A stretch of 64,000 nucleotides of DNA from a virus (lineage: Duplodnaviria; Caudoviricetes): IMG/VR virus record IMGVR_UViG_3300021430_000864, positions 1 to 64,000 of that record; one strand, written 5' to 3'. A model generated the notes under the pieces. The model ran no database searches and was not told the DNA's origin. It worked only from the letters and a program-made list of their open reading frames with translations. Made by a program: the position numbers and the translations under genes. The stretch's first letter is position 1. The number at the start of each line of letters is the position of its first letter. Below are positions 9,282 through 20,092 of the stretch, one piece after another.

Positions 9282-11702
9282 ATGAAAGTAAAAAAAAGAG
9301 ATGGCTCATTGGAAGAAATGAGGTATGACAAAATCACGAGAAGAATACAAAATTTCTGTGATGATTTAAATATTGAATATGTTGACCCAACATTAATAAC
9401 ATTAAAAGTAACCCAAGGTATCTATGATGGTATTTCAACCACCGAATTAGATGTATTGGCAGCAGAAACCGCAGCATCATTGGTTACAAGTCATTCTGAT
9501 TATGCAAAGTTAGCAGGTAGATTAGCGGTTTCTAATTTACACAAAACAACACCTAAGAAGTTCTCACAAGCAATCAAAGAACTTCATTCTTTTATTGAAC
9601 CAAAGACAGGTAAAGAATCATCATTAATTTCTGATGAAGTTTATCAATTTGTTCACCAAAATAAAGAAGTTTTAGATGGTGCTATTGTACAAGAAAGAGA
9701 CTTTGATTTTGATTATTTTGGATTCAAAACACTTGAACGTTCTTATCTATTAAGAATAGGTAAACGAATTATTGAAAGACCTCAATATATGTACATGAGA
9801 GTTGCTGTTGGTATATGTAATGGTGACTTGGACATGGCTTTAAGAATTTATGATGATTTGTCATCACATTTTTATACACATGCAACACCAACATTATTCA
9901 ATGCCGGTACACGTAGACCACAAATGTCATCTTGTTTCTTAATCGGAAATAAAGGTGATGATATTGATGGTTTATTCGACACTATTAAGGATGTTGCTAA
10001 GATTTCAAAATGGGCTGGTGGTATTGGATTACACGTTCATGATGTAAGGTCAAAAGGTTCATACATTAAAGGAACAGGAGGTGAATCTGACGGTTTACTA
10101 CCAATGATGAAGACATATAATGAGGTTGCTCGTTGGATTAATCAAGGTGGTAAAAGAAAAGGGTCATTTGCGGTATATCTTGAACCGTGGCACTCAGATG
10201 TTTTTGAATTCATTGATTTGAGAAAAAATCACGGTAAAGAGGAATTAAGGGCGAGAGATTTATTCTTAGCAATGTGGGTTCCGGATTTATTCATGGAAAG
10301 AGTTGAAAAAGATTTGGAATGGTCACTATTTTCTCCTGATGAAGCGCCGGGTCTTTCCGATGTGTACGACACACCTGAAGAAAAGAACTTTACCAAACTT
10401 TACGAACAATACGAACAAGAAGGTAGGGCACGTAAAGTTGTGAAAGCAAGAAAATTAATGGATGCGATTTTAACATCACAAATCGAAACGGGTACTCCTT
10501 ACATGTTATATAAGGATGCTGCAAACTATAAATCAAACCAAAAGAACTTAGGTACAATCAAATCATCAAACTTATGTACTGAGATTATTGAATACTCAAG
10601 TCCCGAAGAACAAGCGGTTTGTAACTTAGCATCGATTGCATTACCAAAATACATTATAAGTGAAGAATTTAATCATGAATTGTTATATGAGTACACTTAT
10701 CAAGTGGTTAAAAACTTAAATAATGTTATTGATTTAAATTTTTACCCAACACCTGAAACTGAACTTTCAAACTTTAAACACAGACCAATAGGTTTAGGTG
10801 TTCAAGGTTTGGCCGACATTTTCTGTATGTTAAAGTTACCATTTGAAAGTGACAATGCGGATAAATTACAAACTGAGATTTTTGAAACGATTTATTTTGC
10901 AGCATTAACATCATCAAAGGATTTGGCAAAAGAACACGGTTCATATTCAACATTTGATGGTTCACCATTATCAAAAGGTATTTTCCAATATGAATTATGG
11001 GGTAAAACCGACGAAGATACGAGTGGTAGATGGGATTGGAAAAACCTAAGACAAGAGATTTTAAAATACGGTGTAAGAAATTCATTATTAGTTGCACCTA
11101 TGCCGACAGCATCTACCGCACAAATATTGGGTAATAACGAAGCGTTTGAACCATTTACCTCAAACCTTTACTCAAGAAGAACATTAGGTGGTGAATTTAT
11201 TGTCATCAATAAACACTTAGTTAATGAATTACTTGAAAGAGGGTTGTGGTCAGATGAGTTAAGAAAAAAATTAATCATGGAGAACGGTTCAGTTCAGAAC
11301 ATCCCTGAAATTCCTGTTGATGTGAAAGAAATTTACAAAACAGTTTGGGAAATGTCTCAGAAGAGAATCCTATCAATGGCGGCAAATAGGTCTGTTTATA
11401 TCGACCAATCACAATCGTTAAATTTATTTATTGATAATGCTAACAAAACAAAAGTTTTAGCAGCACATTTATACGGTTGGAAACTCGGTTTAAAAACAGG
11501 TATGTATTATCTAAGAACAAGAGCAGCGGTTGACCCATTGAAAGGTTTGGGTATCGATACAAGTACCACTAAACCGGTTGCTGAAGTACAAGAAACTAAC
11601 ATTCACGTTGTAAATAATAATAGTGAGGAAAAAATAATTGAAATGGTATTATCATCTAGACCAAGTGACTCACCATTTGAATGTGAAGGGTGTGGTTCAT
11701 AA
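9282..11702 (+). CDS. nrdA: Ribonucleotide reductase class Ia alpha subunit with N-terminal ATP cone
   Basis: VKKRDG ATP cone, ATPTLFNAG, SSCF, SNLCTEI, VCNLAS, APMPTAST, KTGMYYLR, C-terminal CEGCGS; no intron/intein. Confidence 0.97.
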   Translation: MKVKKRDGSLEEMRYDKITRRIQNFCDDLNIEYVDPTLITLKVTQGIYDGISTTELDVLAAETAASLVTSHSDYAKLAGRLAVSNLHKTTPKKFSQAIKELHSFIEPKTGKESSLISDEVYQFVHQNKEVLDGAIVQERDFDFDYFGFKTLERSYLLRIGKRIIERPQYMYMRVAVGICNGDLDMALRIYDDLSSHFYTHATPTLFNAGTRRPQMSSCFLIGNKGDDIDGLFDTIKDVAKISKWAGGIGLHVHDVRSKGSYIKGTGGESDGLLPMMKTYNEVARWINQGGKRKGSFAVYLEPWHSDVFEFIDLRKNHGKEELRARDLFLAMWVPDLFMERVEKDLEWSLFSPDEAPGLSDVYDTPEEKNFTKLYEQYEQEGRARKVVKARKLMDAILTSQIETGTPYMLYKDAANYKSNQKNLGTIKSSNLCTEIIEYSSPEEQAVCNLASIALPKYIISEEFNHELLYEYTYQVVKNLNNVIDLNFYPTPETELSNFKHRPIGLGVQGLADIFCMLKLPFESDNADKLQTEIFETIYFAALTSSKDLAKEHGSYSTFDGSPLSKGIFQYELWGKTDEDTSGRWDWKNLRQEILKYGVRNSLLVAPMPTASTAQILGNNEAFEPFTSNLYSRRTLGGEFIVINKHLVNELLERGLWSDELRKKLIMENGSVQNIPEIPVDVKEIYKTVWEMSQKRILSMAANRSVYIDQSQSLNLFIDNANKTKVLAAHLYGWKLGLKTGMYYLRTRAAVDPLKGLGIDTSTTKPVAEVQETNIHVVNNNSEEKIIEMVLSSRPSDSPFECEGCGS

Positions 11703-11704
11703 AA

Positions 11705-11782
11705 AATAGGTGACTCCCTTAATGGTTCGCGGCCGACCGCAAGCATCTATTATTTGATTATACAGGGGGTGAAAATCAAATA
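11705..11782 (+). ncRNA. Candidate structured RNA (GC-rich, possible pseudoknot) in nrdA 3' region
   Basis: Hand-found pairings: AATAGGTG/CATCTATT, inner hairpin around TTCGCGG, ACTCCCT/AGGGGGT, TATTTGATT/AATCAAATA; no ORF; family not recognised. Confidence 0.45.
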
Positions 11783-11789
11783 CTAATAG

Positions 11790-11816
11790 TCCCGACCTAA
11801 TAAGTCGGGATTTTTT
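11790..11816 (+). terminator. Intrinsic terminator ending the nrd operon
   Basis: TCCCGAC (11790-11796) / GTCGGGA (11804-11810), 7-nt loop, then TTTTTT. Confidence 0.85.
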
Positions 11817-11842
11817 ATTTATTAGTATTTATTGTTTCATTA

Positions 11843-11850
11843 TATTTATA
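11843..11850 (+). promoter_or_regulatory. Putative late promoter motif TATTTATA
   Basis: 3 nt before ATG 11854; a second copy TATTTATT at 11826. Confidence 0.6.
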
Positions 11851-11853
11851 AGT

Positions 11854-12306
11854 ATGGCAGTAACATATGGTATAGATTTCCCGTTTAGAGTTAGTCAAAA
11901 AGGTGATTTTTTGGTTATGACCGAAACACCCGAAAGAGAGATTAGGGCTAACTTAATTCACCTTCTTTTAACAAGAAAAGGTTCAAGATATTATCTACCT
12001 GATTTTGGTACTAGATTGTATGAGTTCATTTTTGAACCAAATGACGCAGTTACTTGGGGACAAATCGAAGATGAAATAAGAACATCTGTTAGGACATATA
12101 TACCAAATTTAGAAATAAAAAGTATTACCGTTACAAGTGCGGAAGATGACCCTGAAGAACCAACAAGTCCACAAGAAGATGAAGATTCAAGACTATTTAG
12201 GGTTTCCGATTATTCAACCAAACCATATACCGCGAAGGTTAGGATTGATTATGATATAAACAACGAACCGTTTGTTTCTTCAGATTTTATAATTATTAAC
12301 ATATAA
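11854..12306 (+). CDS. Baseplate wedge subunit, gp25/GPW-like
   Basis: IRANLIHLLLTRKGSRYYLPDFGTRL...FEP: gp25 signature (L.T..GER...P.FG). Confidence 0.9.
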   Translation: MAVTYGIDFPFRVSQKGDFLVMTETPEREIRANLIHLLLTRKGSRYYLPDFGTRLYEFIFEPNDAVTWGQIEDEIRTSVRTYIPNLEIKSITVTSAEDDPEEPTSPQEDEDSRLFRVSDYSTKPYTAKVRIDYDINNEPFVSSDFIIINI

Positions 12307-12307
12307 C

Positions 12308-14140
12308 ATGGCTAAAAAAATATCATACGCAGTTAGGGATTTTGCAAGTTTAAGACAAGAACTTGTTAATTTAACAAGAGAGTATTATCCCGATTTAATT
12401 AAAAACACCAACGATGCCTCGATTTATTCGGTATTATTGGATTTAAACGCTGCAGTGGCGGATAATTTACATTTCCACATTGATAGAGTTTGGCAGGAGA
12501 CGATGTTGGATTTTGCACAACAAAGACAGTCTCTTTATCATATCGCAAAAACATACGGTTTTAAAATACCGGGTAATAGACCTTCAGTTGCATTATGTGA
12601 TTTTACAATTCAGGTACCGGTAAGAGGTGATAAAGAAGATGAACGTTACTTAGGTACAATCAAATCGGGTGCTCAAGTATCGGGTGGAGGTCAAGTTTTT
12701 GAAACTATTGAGGATATTGACTTCTCAAACCCATTCAACAGTAGAGGTGAACCAAACAGATTAAAGATACCAAATTTTGACGGTAATAACAGGTTGATTT
12801 CATATTCTATTGTAAAAAGGGAAGCAATTGTTAATGGTGTCACAAGAATCTATAGAAGAGTAATTACAGAAACCGACCAAAAACCTTTTTTAAAATTATA
12901 CCTACCCGAACAAAACGTTTTGGGTGTTACGTCAATAATTCACAAGGAAGGAACTAGTTTTGCTGCTAACCCATCAAATTCAGAGTTTTTAAATTCACCA
13001 AATAAATGGTATGAAGTAAAAACATTAATACAAGACAAAGTATTCATTCCTGACCCAACAACCGCATCTGATTCTGAAAATTTCATTGCGGGAAATTATC
13101 TTTCAGTTTCAAATAAATTTGTTACCGAATATACACCCGAGAATTACTTCTCAATAACTTTTGGTTCAGGTAATGTAAATCCATTAGACAATTTGGATAA
13201 TTTCAATACCGGTAATTTAAGAGTTAGTTTAGGTACGTATTTAAATAATTTATCATTAGGTGCGTTACCTAAATCAAATACCACCATTTTCGTAAAATAT
13301 AGAGTTGGTGGTGGTAGGGATAGTAATTTAGGTATTAACGTAATAACAAGTGTAGACGATGTTGATTTTGTAATTACAGGTCCCAATGCATCAACTAACG
13401 TACAGGTTCAAAATTCATTAACCGTAACCAATGTAACACCAGCTGTTGGTGGTTCTGACCAACCAACAATTGAAGAGGTTAGAAATATGATAGCATATAA
13501 CTTCGCAGCACAAAATAGGGCAGTTACGTTAAATGATTACAAGTCATTAATTGAAACGATGCCATCAACATACGGAGCTCCGGCTAAAGTCAATGTCATG
13601 GAAGAAGACAATAAGATAAAAATTAAATTATTGTCATATGATGAAAATGGTAATCTAATTGATACAGTATCAAATACATTAAAGAATAACATTATTACAT
13701 ATCTGTCAGAGTACAGAATGGTTAATGATTTCTTAGAGATTGAAAGCGGCGAGGTTATTGATTTAACACTAGAAATGGATGTTGTAATTGATAAGAACGG
13801 CAACCAAACTGATATAATTAGAACGATTATTGAAAATACCGTAGATTACTTCTCTATTGAAAAAAGAAAAATGGGTGACCCTCTTTTTGTTGGTGACCTA
13901 TATAGAATAATCGGTGATGTTAATGGTGTGGTAAACGCTGTTGATGTTAGAGTTTTCAACAATATTGGTGGTGAATATTCTTCAGCTGAAGTTGCTCAAT
14001 CGTATGTAAATGATTCAACTAAAGAAATATCACAATCAGATATGACCATTTACATGAAATCCAATCAAATATATCAAATAAGATTTCCTGAAAAAGATAT
14101 TAAAGTTAGGGTTAAAACTTTAGGAACAACTACATTCTAA
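12308..14140 (+). CDS. Baseplate wedge subunit, gp6/J-like
   Basis: RDFASLRQEL, YRVGGG, AVGGSD, AQNRAVTLNDY motifs typical of T4 gp6; follows gp25. Confidence 0.88.
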   Translation: MAKKISYAVRDFASLRQELVNLTREYYPDLIKNTNDASIYSVLLDLNAAVADNLHFHIDRVWQETMLDFAQQRQSLYHIAKTYGFKIPGNRPSVALCDFTIQVPVRGDKEDERYLGTIKSGAQVSGGGQVFETIEDIDFSNPFNSRGEPNRLKIPNFDGNNRLISYSIVKREAIVNGVTRIYRRVITETDQKPFLKLYLPEQNVLGVTSIIHKEGTSFAANPSNSEFLNSPNKWYEVKTLIQDKVFIPDPTTASDSENFIAGNYLSVSNKFVTEYTPENYFSITFGSGNVNPLDNLDNFNTGNLRVSLGTYLNNLSLGALPKSNTTIFVKYRVGGGRDSNLGINVITSVDDVDFVITGPNASTNVQVQNSLTVTNVTPAVGGSDQPTIEEVRNMIAYNFAAQNRAVTLNDYKSLIETMPSTYGAPAKVNVMEEDNKIKIKLLSYDENGNLIDTVSNTLKNNIITYLSEYRMVNDFLEIESGEVIDLTLEMDVVIDKNGNQTDIIRTIIENTVDYFSIEKRKMGDPLFVGDLYRIIGDVNGVVNAVDVRVFNNIGGEYSSAEVAQSYVNDSTKEISQSDMTIYMKSNQIYQIRFPEKDIKVRVKTLGTTTF

Positions 14141-14179
14141 TTTTATTTTTATTTATTATTCTGGAAATCTATAATTTTC

Positions 14180-14187
14180 TATTTATA
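14180..14187 (+). promoter_or_regulatory. Putative late promoter motif TATTTATA
   Basis: 7 nt before ATG 14195. Confidence 0.6.
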
Positions 14188-14194
14188 TAGAACG

Positions 14195-17100
14195 ATGCAG
14201 AAACATAGAATTTCCACAAATATTGGTTTAGACCAAAAAGTCGTTGTTGAGTTAAAAAATGATTTCGACCTTTTGGAGATATTGTCTTTAAAGTTTACAC
14301 AAACTGAGGCATATTCTTCAATGTGTGCCGATTATGGTGTTGTTTGCGGTAGAATTTTTGTTAATAGTGGTTTTGGAATACCTAACGCTAGAGTATCCAT
14401 TTTCATACCAATAACAGAAGAAGACTCAAATGACCCGGTTATTTCTTCACTATACCCATTTACAAGTGTTGATGATAGAAATGAAGAAGGATATAGGTAC
14501 AATTTATTACCCTCAAGAAAACAACACGGTGGTCACGAACCCACCGGTACATTTCCCGACCAAAAAGATGTCTTAACAAGAGAAGAAGTCTTAGAGGTCT
14601 ATGAAAAATATTATAAGTACACTGTAAAAACTAACGAAGCTGGTGACTTTATGATTTGGGGTGTACCTGTTGGTACACAAACTATCCATGTTGATGTTGA
14701 TTTATCAGACATCGGATGTTTTTCTCTTAGACCTGATGATTTTATCAGACAAGGTTTGGGTGTTGATAAATTCAAAAATACATACTCATTTAATTCATCT
14801 ACTGATTTAGATAGTTTACCTCAAATAGTTTCATTTAATCAAACAATCGAGGTTTATCCTTTTTGGGGTAATGAAGACCTATGTGAAATAGGAATCACAA
14901 GAACGGATTTTGATTTATCAAGTAGAGGTGTAAAAGTACAACCGAAGGCATATCTATTAGGTTCAATATATTCAGACCAAGGTAAAAACACAGTCAATAA
15001 GAACTGTAGACCTCGTTCTGCTATGGGTAGAAAATGTGACCTTACCACATTTGCTGCCGATGTTGAAATATTAAGATTTACAAGTAAAAAAGATTCTGAT
15101 GGGAGACCAATTCTAGAAAGATATGAATTCCAAGAGGATATTGATGAAGATGGTTCATTTGTCATCCCCTTACCAATGAATATGGATTATGTTTTTACTA
15201 ATGAATTTGGTGAAAATGAAATTACAAATGATTCAAATAAGGGTATACCAACATCAGCTTGTTACAGATTTAGAATCTCAGGAAAAAATCAAACATTAGG
15301 AAGGGTTAGATATGTTGGTAGTTATTTAGTACCAAATATCAGAGAATATAGTAGTGATGTCGATGCATCATATGCATTCTCATTAAATTGGGACGATTAC
15401 CCAACACAAGCCACTACTAATTCTGTAATATTTAATCAAGTTTACGGAAGTTATTTCCCTGAAGATTATTTTTATAGATTCACATATAATAAAGTTTATA
15501 CATTATCATCATATATGGGTAGCCACTTTAAAGGTGGTAAAGACAATTATGTGGGTATAAAAGACATATCCCCTAAAGAGGAAGAAGATTGTGAATCAAC
15601 AGTACTCACCCCACCCATAAATTACGGTTGGAGAAGATTCAGTTTTGGTATTTTACTTGCAATCATTATAAATGCATTCGAAAGAGTAATTTATAGTGCG
15701 TTTGTTGGTGCGGTACAAGTAATAATTTTCCCATTTCAAAAACTATGGGAATTTAGAATTTATATACCAGCTTTTGGGGTAACACTTATAAATTGGAGAC
15801 CATTTTATTTTTTTGATTCAATAATTGAAGGTTTACAATCGTTAGGTTCAGTGCATTTAAGTACAGTTGTTTATCCTGAATGTGAATCATGTGATGAAAT
15901 AACAGTTCAAAATGAAAATACGACAGTTACTGATGACCCGGAGTTATTGTATAATAAAGTTGGTGAGGGTCGAGCGATTAGAGATACAATAACATTAGAA
16001 GTGAGTTGTGAAACTTATAATTTTGCAACACCACCAGCATCAGGAACAACGGTTTATCGATATAGAGATTGTACAACCAATTCTTTAAATACATTAACAA
16101 TACCTTGGAGCGGTACACCCGTTAGTGGTGTTTGTGTAAGAAGTGGAACATTATCATTAAGTGGTGGAACAAATACCGCAACGAATGTTGGTACTTGTAA
16201 CACTACAATAACAGAAACATATGTTTGTAATCCCGATTCTGCTGGTAGGGAATATATTTTAAGTGAAAACCCGTCATCGGGTTATACTTTTTATAACTAC
16301 ACAGGATTTACAGGACAAACACTAACCACAGGACAAACACTAACCGAAATTTACAATAATATATTGGCTTACTCATATAGTGGAAGAACATATCATATAA
16401 AATTAAAATCATATTTACCACATGGAGATGCCACACCATCTGATGTTTTATTATTAAGTGGTTTGACAACTGGTTTAACTTCAAACGTATTAATGAAAAC
16501 ATATTCATGTAATGCGGGAGCAACTACAGGATATTATGGTGATGATAATACAAATACAAATGGATGGTTAAGATGGGACGACCCACTAATACCAAAAGAT
16601 TTTGTTTGGACAGGTTTTACATATGAAATATACGATTCTGATTATCCATTAACCGGCTCATCAATAGGTGGGTTTAATTCTACATCATTACCTGAAGGTT
16701 GTTTATCACAAAATACCATATACGATGATAGTGGTATTGTTAAAATGACATATTGTGCAACGGGAGTTACCGCAAATTATGATAATCCCGCAGAAGTTAT
16801 CGGTGTAATGGGTCCTAGTTGCACATCCTCAAGTTTAATATCTGTGGGTCAAGCCGCTTGGATTGAAAATATTAATCCATGCACAAGAAAATGTGACACA
16901 AGGAGCGGATTTTCTGAATTTAGATTTGGTGTTTATACTGTGATACCTGCAGCATCTACAAAAAATTGGGATGTTCAGTTTAAACTAATAAAAGAATATG
17001 CTAGAAGAAAATTAGTAAATAAACTTTTCTGTGAAGGGGTTGCTAATTATTCATTTATCGACAATTGGTTGGGTGGTTCTTTATATATGTTCCCATTCAA

Positions 17101-18331
17101 AGCAAAAGTTAGATGGAATAATGAAGAAGAATTAGATTTAAACGAAAGAGGAACTGCATATTGTAATAATTTAGTTTACTATAAAATAAAAGAAAAAACA
17201 TCAGAAACTGCGGTTAAAAGGTTTTATTATAGGTCAACGAAATTTAATGGTTCTAATTTTGAAAAAGTTACAATTGGTGATAGTACCAACGTATTAAGAC
17301 ATCCAACAACAATTATGGATTTAGGACCGAGAGATGAGTTCATCAAAGAAATTTGTGTTGACCCATCATTAGACCCTAACTGTTCAGTTGTTAGAAATAT
17401 TGGACAAACATCGTTCCAAAGTTTTAAAGAAATGTTAGGTCTATATATAAATTATAGATTAGATACTGACAATAGTTATACATATAAAAAGTTTTTCCAA
17501 AACACTGGTTTTAACACTCCGGGGGATGTTTTAAATGGTGACCTATTACAACTAATTTCAATTAATAGTGAAGTTGGTATTGAAGAATTTGATTTACAAA
17601 ATAGATATTACGGTCAATACAACCCAACAATACTTGACCCCGATGAATATACCGAATTATTTAAATCACAAAACGGTACACCAAATGGACCGATGCCAAT
17701 TAATTTTGTTTTGGATGATGAAGGATATAGAGTTAGAGTTTGTTTAAATGAACCGGGTAGATTAACCGAATCGTCTCAATTAGTACCATTCTTTTATTGG
17801 GACAAAAAGGGGCCGGGTTTTGGTGAAGGGTATGAACAATCATGGGATTATGCAACTGTCGTTTCTCAGAGATTACAAGGTATGACCTATAATTATGCAT
17901 TTACCGGCGATTCAAGTTACAATTACGTACTGTTCCCTATGACAAAAGACTATTCAGGTAACACATTTACAATTGGTGGTGTCGATGTTAATGACGGTTC
18001 ATTTGATGTAGAAGACACAACTGATGTTCATTTGAATTATGATAATCAAGAAGAAGGGTTTACTGTTCTACACATCACATCTGGAGATACTGAAACCCCA
18101 TTAGGTGGAACATTATGGATTAGAGTTGGTGATGCAGGAAATTGGGATTCACAGAGTTGGAATTCTGACATTGATTTTATTTTAAAACCAACAGAAACCA
18201 ACTATACAGGTGATAAACAAATATTATCCACACCATTCTTATTTTATTTTGGATTGAGACCGGGTAACACTGCGGTTGATAAATTTATAAAATTATTTGG
18301 ACCGAAAGGTGCTTTCACTTCTGCTGAGTAA
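14195..18331 (+). CDS. Large baseplate/tail structural protein (1378 aa)
   Basis: Follows gp6; N-terminal prealbumin-like GIPNARVSIF...TNEAGDFMIWGVPVG segment; internal hydrophobic stretch and Cys module; late motif upstream. Confidence 0.65.
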   Translation: MQKHRISTNIGLDQKVVVELKNDFDLLEILSLKFTQTEAYSSMCADYGVVCGRIFVNSGFGIPNARVSIFIPITEEDSNDPVISSLYPFTSVDDRNEEGYRYNLLPSRKQHGGHEPTGTFPDQKDVLTREEVLEVYEKYYKYTVKTNEAGDFMIWGVPVGTQTIHVDVDLSDIGCFSLRPDDFIRQGLGVDKFKNTYSFNSSTDLDSLPQIVSFNQTIEVYPFWGNEDLCEIGITRTDFDLSSRGVKVQPKAYLLGSIYSDQGKNTVNKNCRPRSAMGRKCDLTTFAADVEILRFTSKKDSDGRPILERYEFQEDIDEDGSFVIPLPMNMDYVFTNEFGENEITNDSNKGIPTSACYRFRISGKNQTLGRVRYVGSYLVPNIREYSSDVDASYAFSLNWDDYPTQATTNSVIFNQVYGSYFPEDYFYRFTYNKVYTLSSYMGSHFKGGKDNYVGIKDISPKEEEDCESTVLTPPINYGWRRFSFGILLAIIINAFERVIYSAFVGAVQVIIFPFQKLWEFRIYIPAFGVTLINWRPFYFFDSIIEGLQSLGSVHLSTVVYPECESCDEITVQNENTTVTDDPELLYNKVGEGRAIRDTITLEVSCETYNFATPPASGTTVYRYRDCTTNSLNTLTIPWSGTPVSGVCVRSGTLSLSGGTNTATNVGTCNTTITETYVCNPDSAGREYILSENPSSGYTFYNYTGFTGQTLTTGQTLTEIYNNILAYSYSGRTYHIKLKSYLPHGDATPSDVLLLSGLTTGLTSNVLMKTYSCNAGATTGYYGDDNTNTNGWLRWDDPLIPKDFVWTGFTYEIYDSDYPLTGSSIGGFNSTSLPEGCLSQNTIYDDSGIVKMTYCATGVTANYDNPAEVIGVMGPSCTSSSLISVGQAAWIENINPCTRKCDTRSGFSEFRFGVYTVIPAASTKNWDVQFKLIKEYARRKLVNKLFCEGVANYSFIDNWLGGSLYMFPFKAKVRWNNEEELDLNERGTAYCNNLVYYKIKEKTSETAVKRFYYRSTKFNGSNFEKVTIGDSTNVLRHPTTIMDLGPRDEFIKEICVDPSLDPNCSVVRNIGQTSFQSFKEMLGLYINYRLDTDNSYTYKKFFQNTGFNTPGDVLNGDLLQLISINSEVGIEEFDLQNRYYGQYNPTILDPDEYTELFKSQNGTPNGPMPINFVLDDEGYRVRVCLNEPGRLTESSQLVPFFYWDKKGPGFGEGYEQSWDYATVVSQRLQGMTYNYAFTGDSSYNYVLFPMTKDYSGNTFTIGGVDVNDGSFDVEDTTDVHLNYDNQEEGFTVLHITSGDTETPLGGTLWIRVGDAGNWDSQSWNSDIDFILKPTETNYTGDKQILSTPFLFYFGLRPGNTAVDKFIKLFGPKGAFTSAE

Positions 18332-20091
18332 TGGATAAAAAAAGAATTATATTACCATCTAAAAAATTTTTTGGTTCGATTAATCAAGACCAAAATATTA
18401 GAATTGGTTTAGAAGAGACCGAAAACTTATTAAGGGAGGGTGACAGAACCATCATATTGAATAATGCGGAATTGTTCAATAAAGAAAGAAATGAAAGTAA
18501 CAATTATAAGATACATGGGAAACTTAGAATGGTTTTCAGAAATCTATATAGTGGAACATCCGAATACGAACCTTTACTTGAAAAACTTTATTTGGTTGGT
18601 GATGGTGGAAATAATGATTTTACTGGATTTTTACCTTATAGTGAGTTTGCGTTTTTAAGAAAAGATGTTGTAAGACAAACTAATCCAATACAAACAGTGT
18701 CATCACTAAGTTTATATTCGCCGAATATCACATATAGTGGTGAATCTTCACATATTCCAATTTCACCAATCGATGCACCATATCACAATTGGAACATTTA
18801 TCTATCATACGTTTACGGTCATGATGAAAACTTCCCAATGAAATATACATTAAGTGGTGGAACTGTTTTTGATTTTGTATCGGGTGATGGAATTCCATTC
18901 AGAGTTGAGGATAATGGTTCATCTTATAAATTAACAAGTCCCGTTGAACATGGAATTTCTGCTGGTGAATACATCACATTAAGTGGTGGAACATTAGATA
19001 ATAGTGTTAATATTTCAGGTAGAACGTTTTCAGTTATAAGTGTTGGTGATGCGATTTACAGGTCTGAAAAATTTGTTTTAGATATTAATAAATCTGAATT
19101 ACCATCAGGAACAACATTATCAACTGTTGTTTTTGGTAAAAGATGTATCGACATTAATAACATTACGGGTACCTCATCAACATATTATGTTCACAAACAC
19201 AAAACACTAACATCAAAAGAAGATTACATTCTTGACAAGATAGGATTTGAATCTTCAATATGGGAAAATGAAAGAAAACTACTTCTTGAAAATAGTGCAG
19301 GTGTTAACGATTTTTTAGTTGAAAGAAATATGATGGAAACAATGGTTTACGATTTTAAAGAACCATTTGTTTTAACCGGTTTAACAAATAATTTAGGTTA
19401 TCTACCGACGGAAGTTTACGTTAGTGTTATTCTAATGAACAAAAACGGATTTTTTGAATATCCACCGAAAGTTGGTTGGAAATTTAATTTCCACGATAGA
19501 TGGGTTGATGAACAATTTGATGGAGTAACAAGTATTGAAACTTCAATACCAACAACTGCATTTACAAAAACAGTAAATTTAACTTCATATTCATTCACCG
19601 GCGGAACTGAATTACCTTTAGGTACGGAATTAACAGGTGGATTTATTGAATACAATCATTCTGAATTAAAAGAAAGAACAATAAGTGATGCGTATCATAG
19701 ATTTTCAAATCCATTGTATGTTTTTGATTATGGTCAAACGGGTAGTACCGCATCATTCTCAGGTGGTTCGTCAACAAATATGTTTGGATTGTATTATCAA
19801 CCACATCACAAAGTTAAATTAAGAGAATTATCACCGTATGTGGAAACTTCAGTCACAAATCAAGTTTACGGTTTACCACAAAACGCAAGATATTTTGAAG
19901 ACGAATTATTATGGAAATGGAGAGACCTTTATGACCATGGTTATATAGACCCCGATGGGTTTGGGACAAACTATCCTTTTATTAACAATATTCATTATGT
20001 AAAAAGTGACATAAACTTCTATTTACGTAATGAGAACCTATATAACAATAAACAAGATTTAATTGCTGCGGTGAATAGATTTAAATGTTAA
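18331..20091 (+). CDS. Structural (baseplate region) protein, 586 aa
   Basis: TAATG stop/start overlap; rich in [ST]GxT motifs like neighbours. Confidence 0.7.
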   Translation: MDKKRIILPSKKFFGSINQDQNIRIGLEETENLLREGDRTIILNNAELFNKERNESNNYKIHGKLRMVFRNLYSGTSEYEPLLEKLYLVGDGGNNDFTGFLPYSEFAFLRKDVVRQTNPIQTVSSLSLYSPNITYSGESSHIPISPIDAPYHNWNIYLSYVYGHDENFPMKYTLSGGTVFDFVSGDGIPFRVEDNGSSYKLTSPVEHGISAGEYITLSGGTLDNSVNISGRTFSVISVGDAIYRSEKFVLDINKSELPSGTTLSTVVFGKRCIDINNITGTSSTYYVHKHKTLTSKEDYILDKIGFESSIWENERKLLLENSAGVNDFLVERNMMETMVYDFKEPFVLTGLTNNLGYLPTEVYVSVILMNKNGFFEYPPKVGWKFNFHDRWVDEQFDGVTSIETSIPTTAFTKTVNLTSYSFTGGTELPLGTELTGGFIEYNHSELKERTISDAYHRFSNPLYVFDYGQTGSTASFSGGSSTNMFGLYYQPHHKVKLRELSPYVETSVTNQVYGLPQNARYFEDELLWKWRDLYDHGYIDPDGFGTNYPFINNIHYVKSDINFYLRNENLYNNKQDLIAAVNRFKC

Positions 20092-20092
20092 T

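Noticed and set aside
4397-11702. Introns or inteins in recA, dnaB, nrdB, nrdA
   Set aside because: Lengths and motif spacing are normal; no insertions or splice-junction motifs seen.
11720-11740. tRNA gene or HDV-like ribozyme suggested by GGTTCG
   Set aside because: No cloverleaf, loop has C where T-loop A58 is expected, and HDV P1 would have only 3 bp with no proper J4/2; kept only as an unknown structured RNA.
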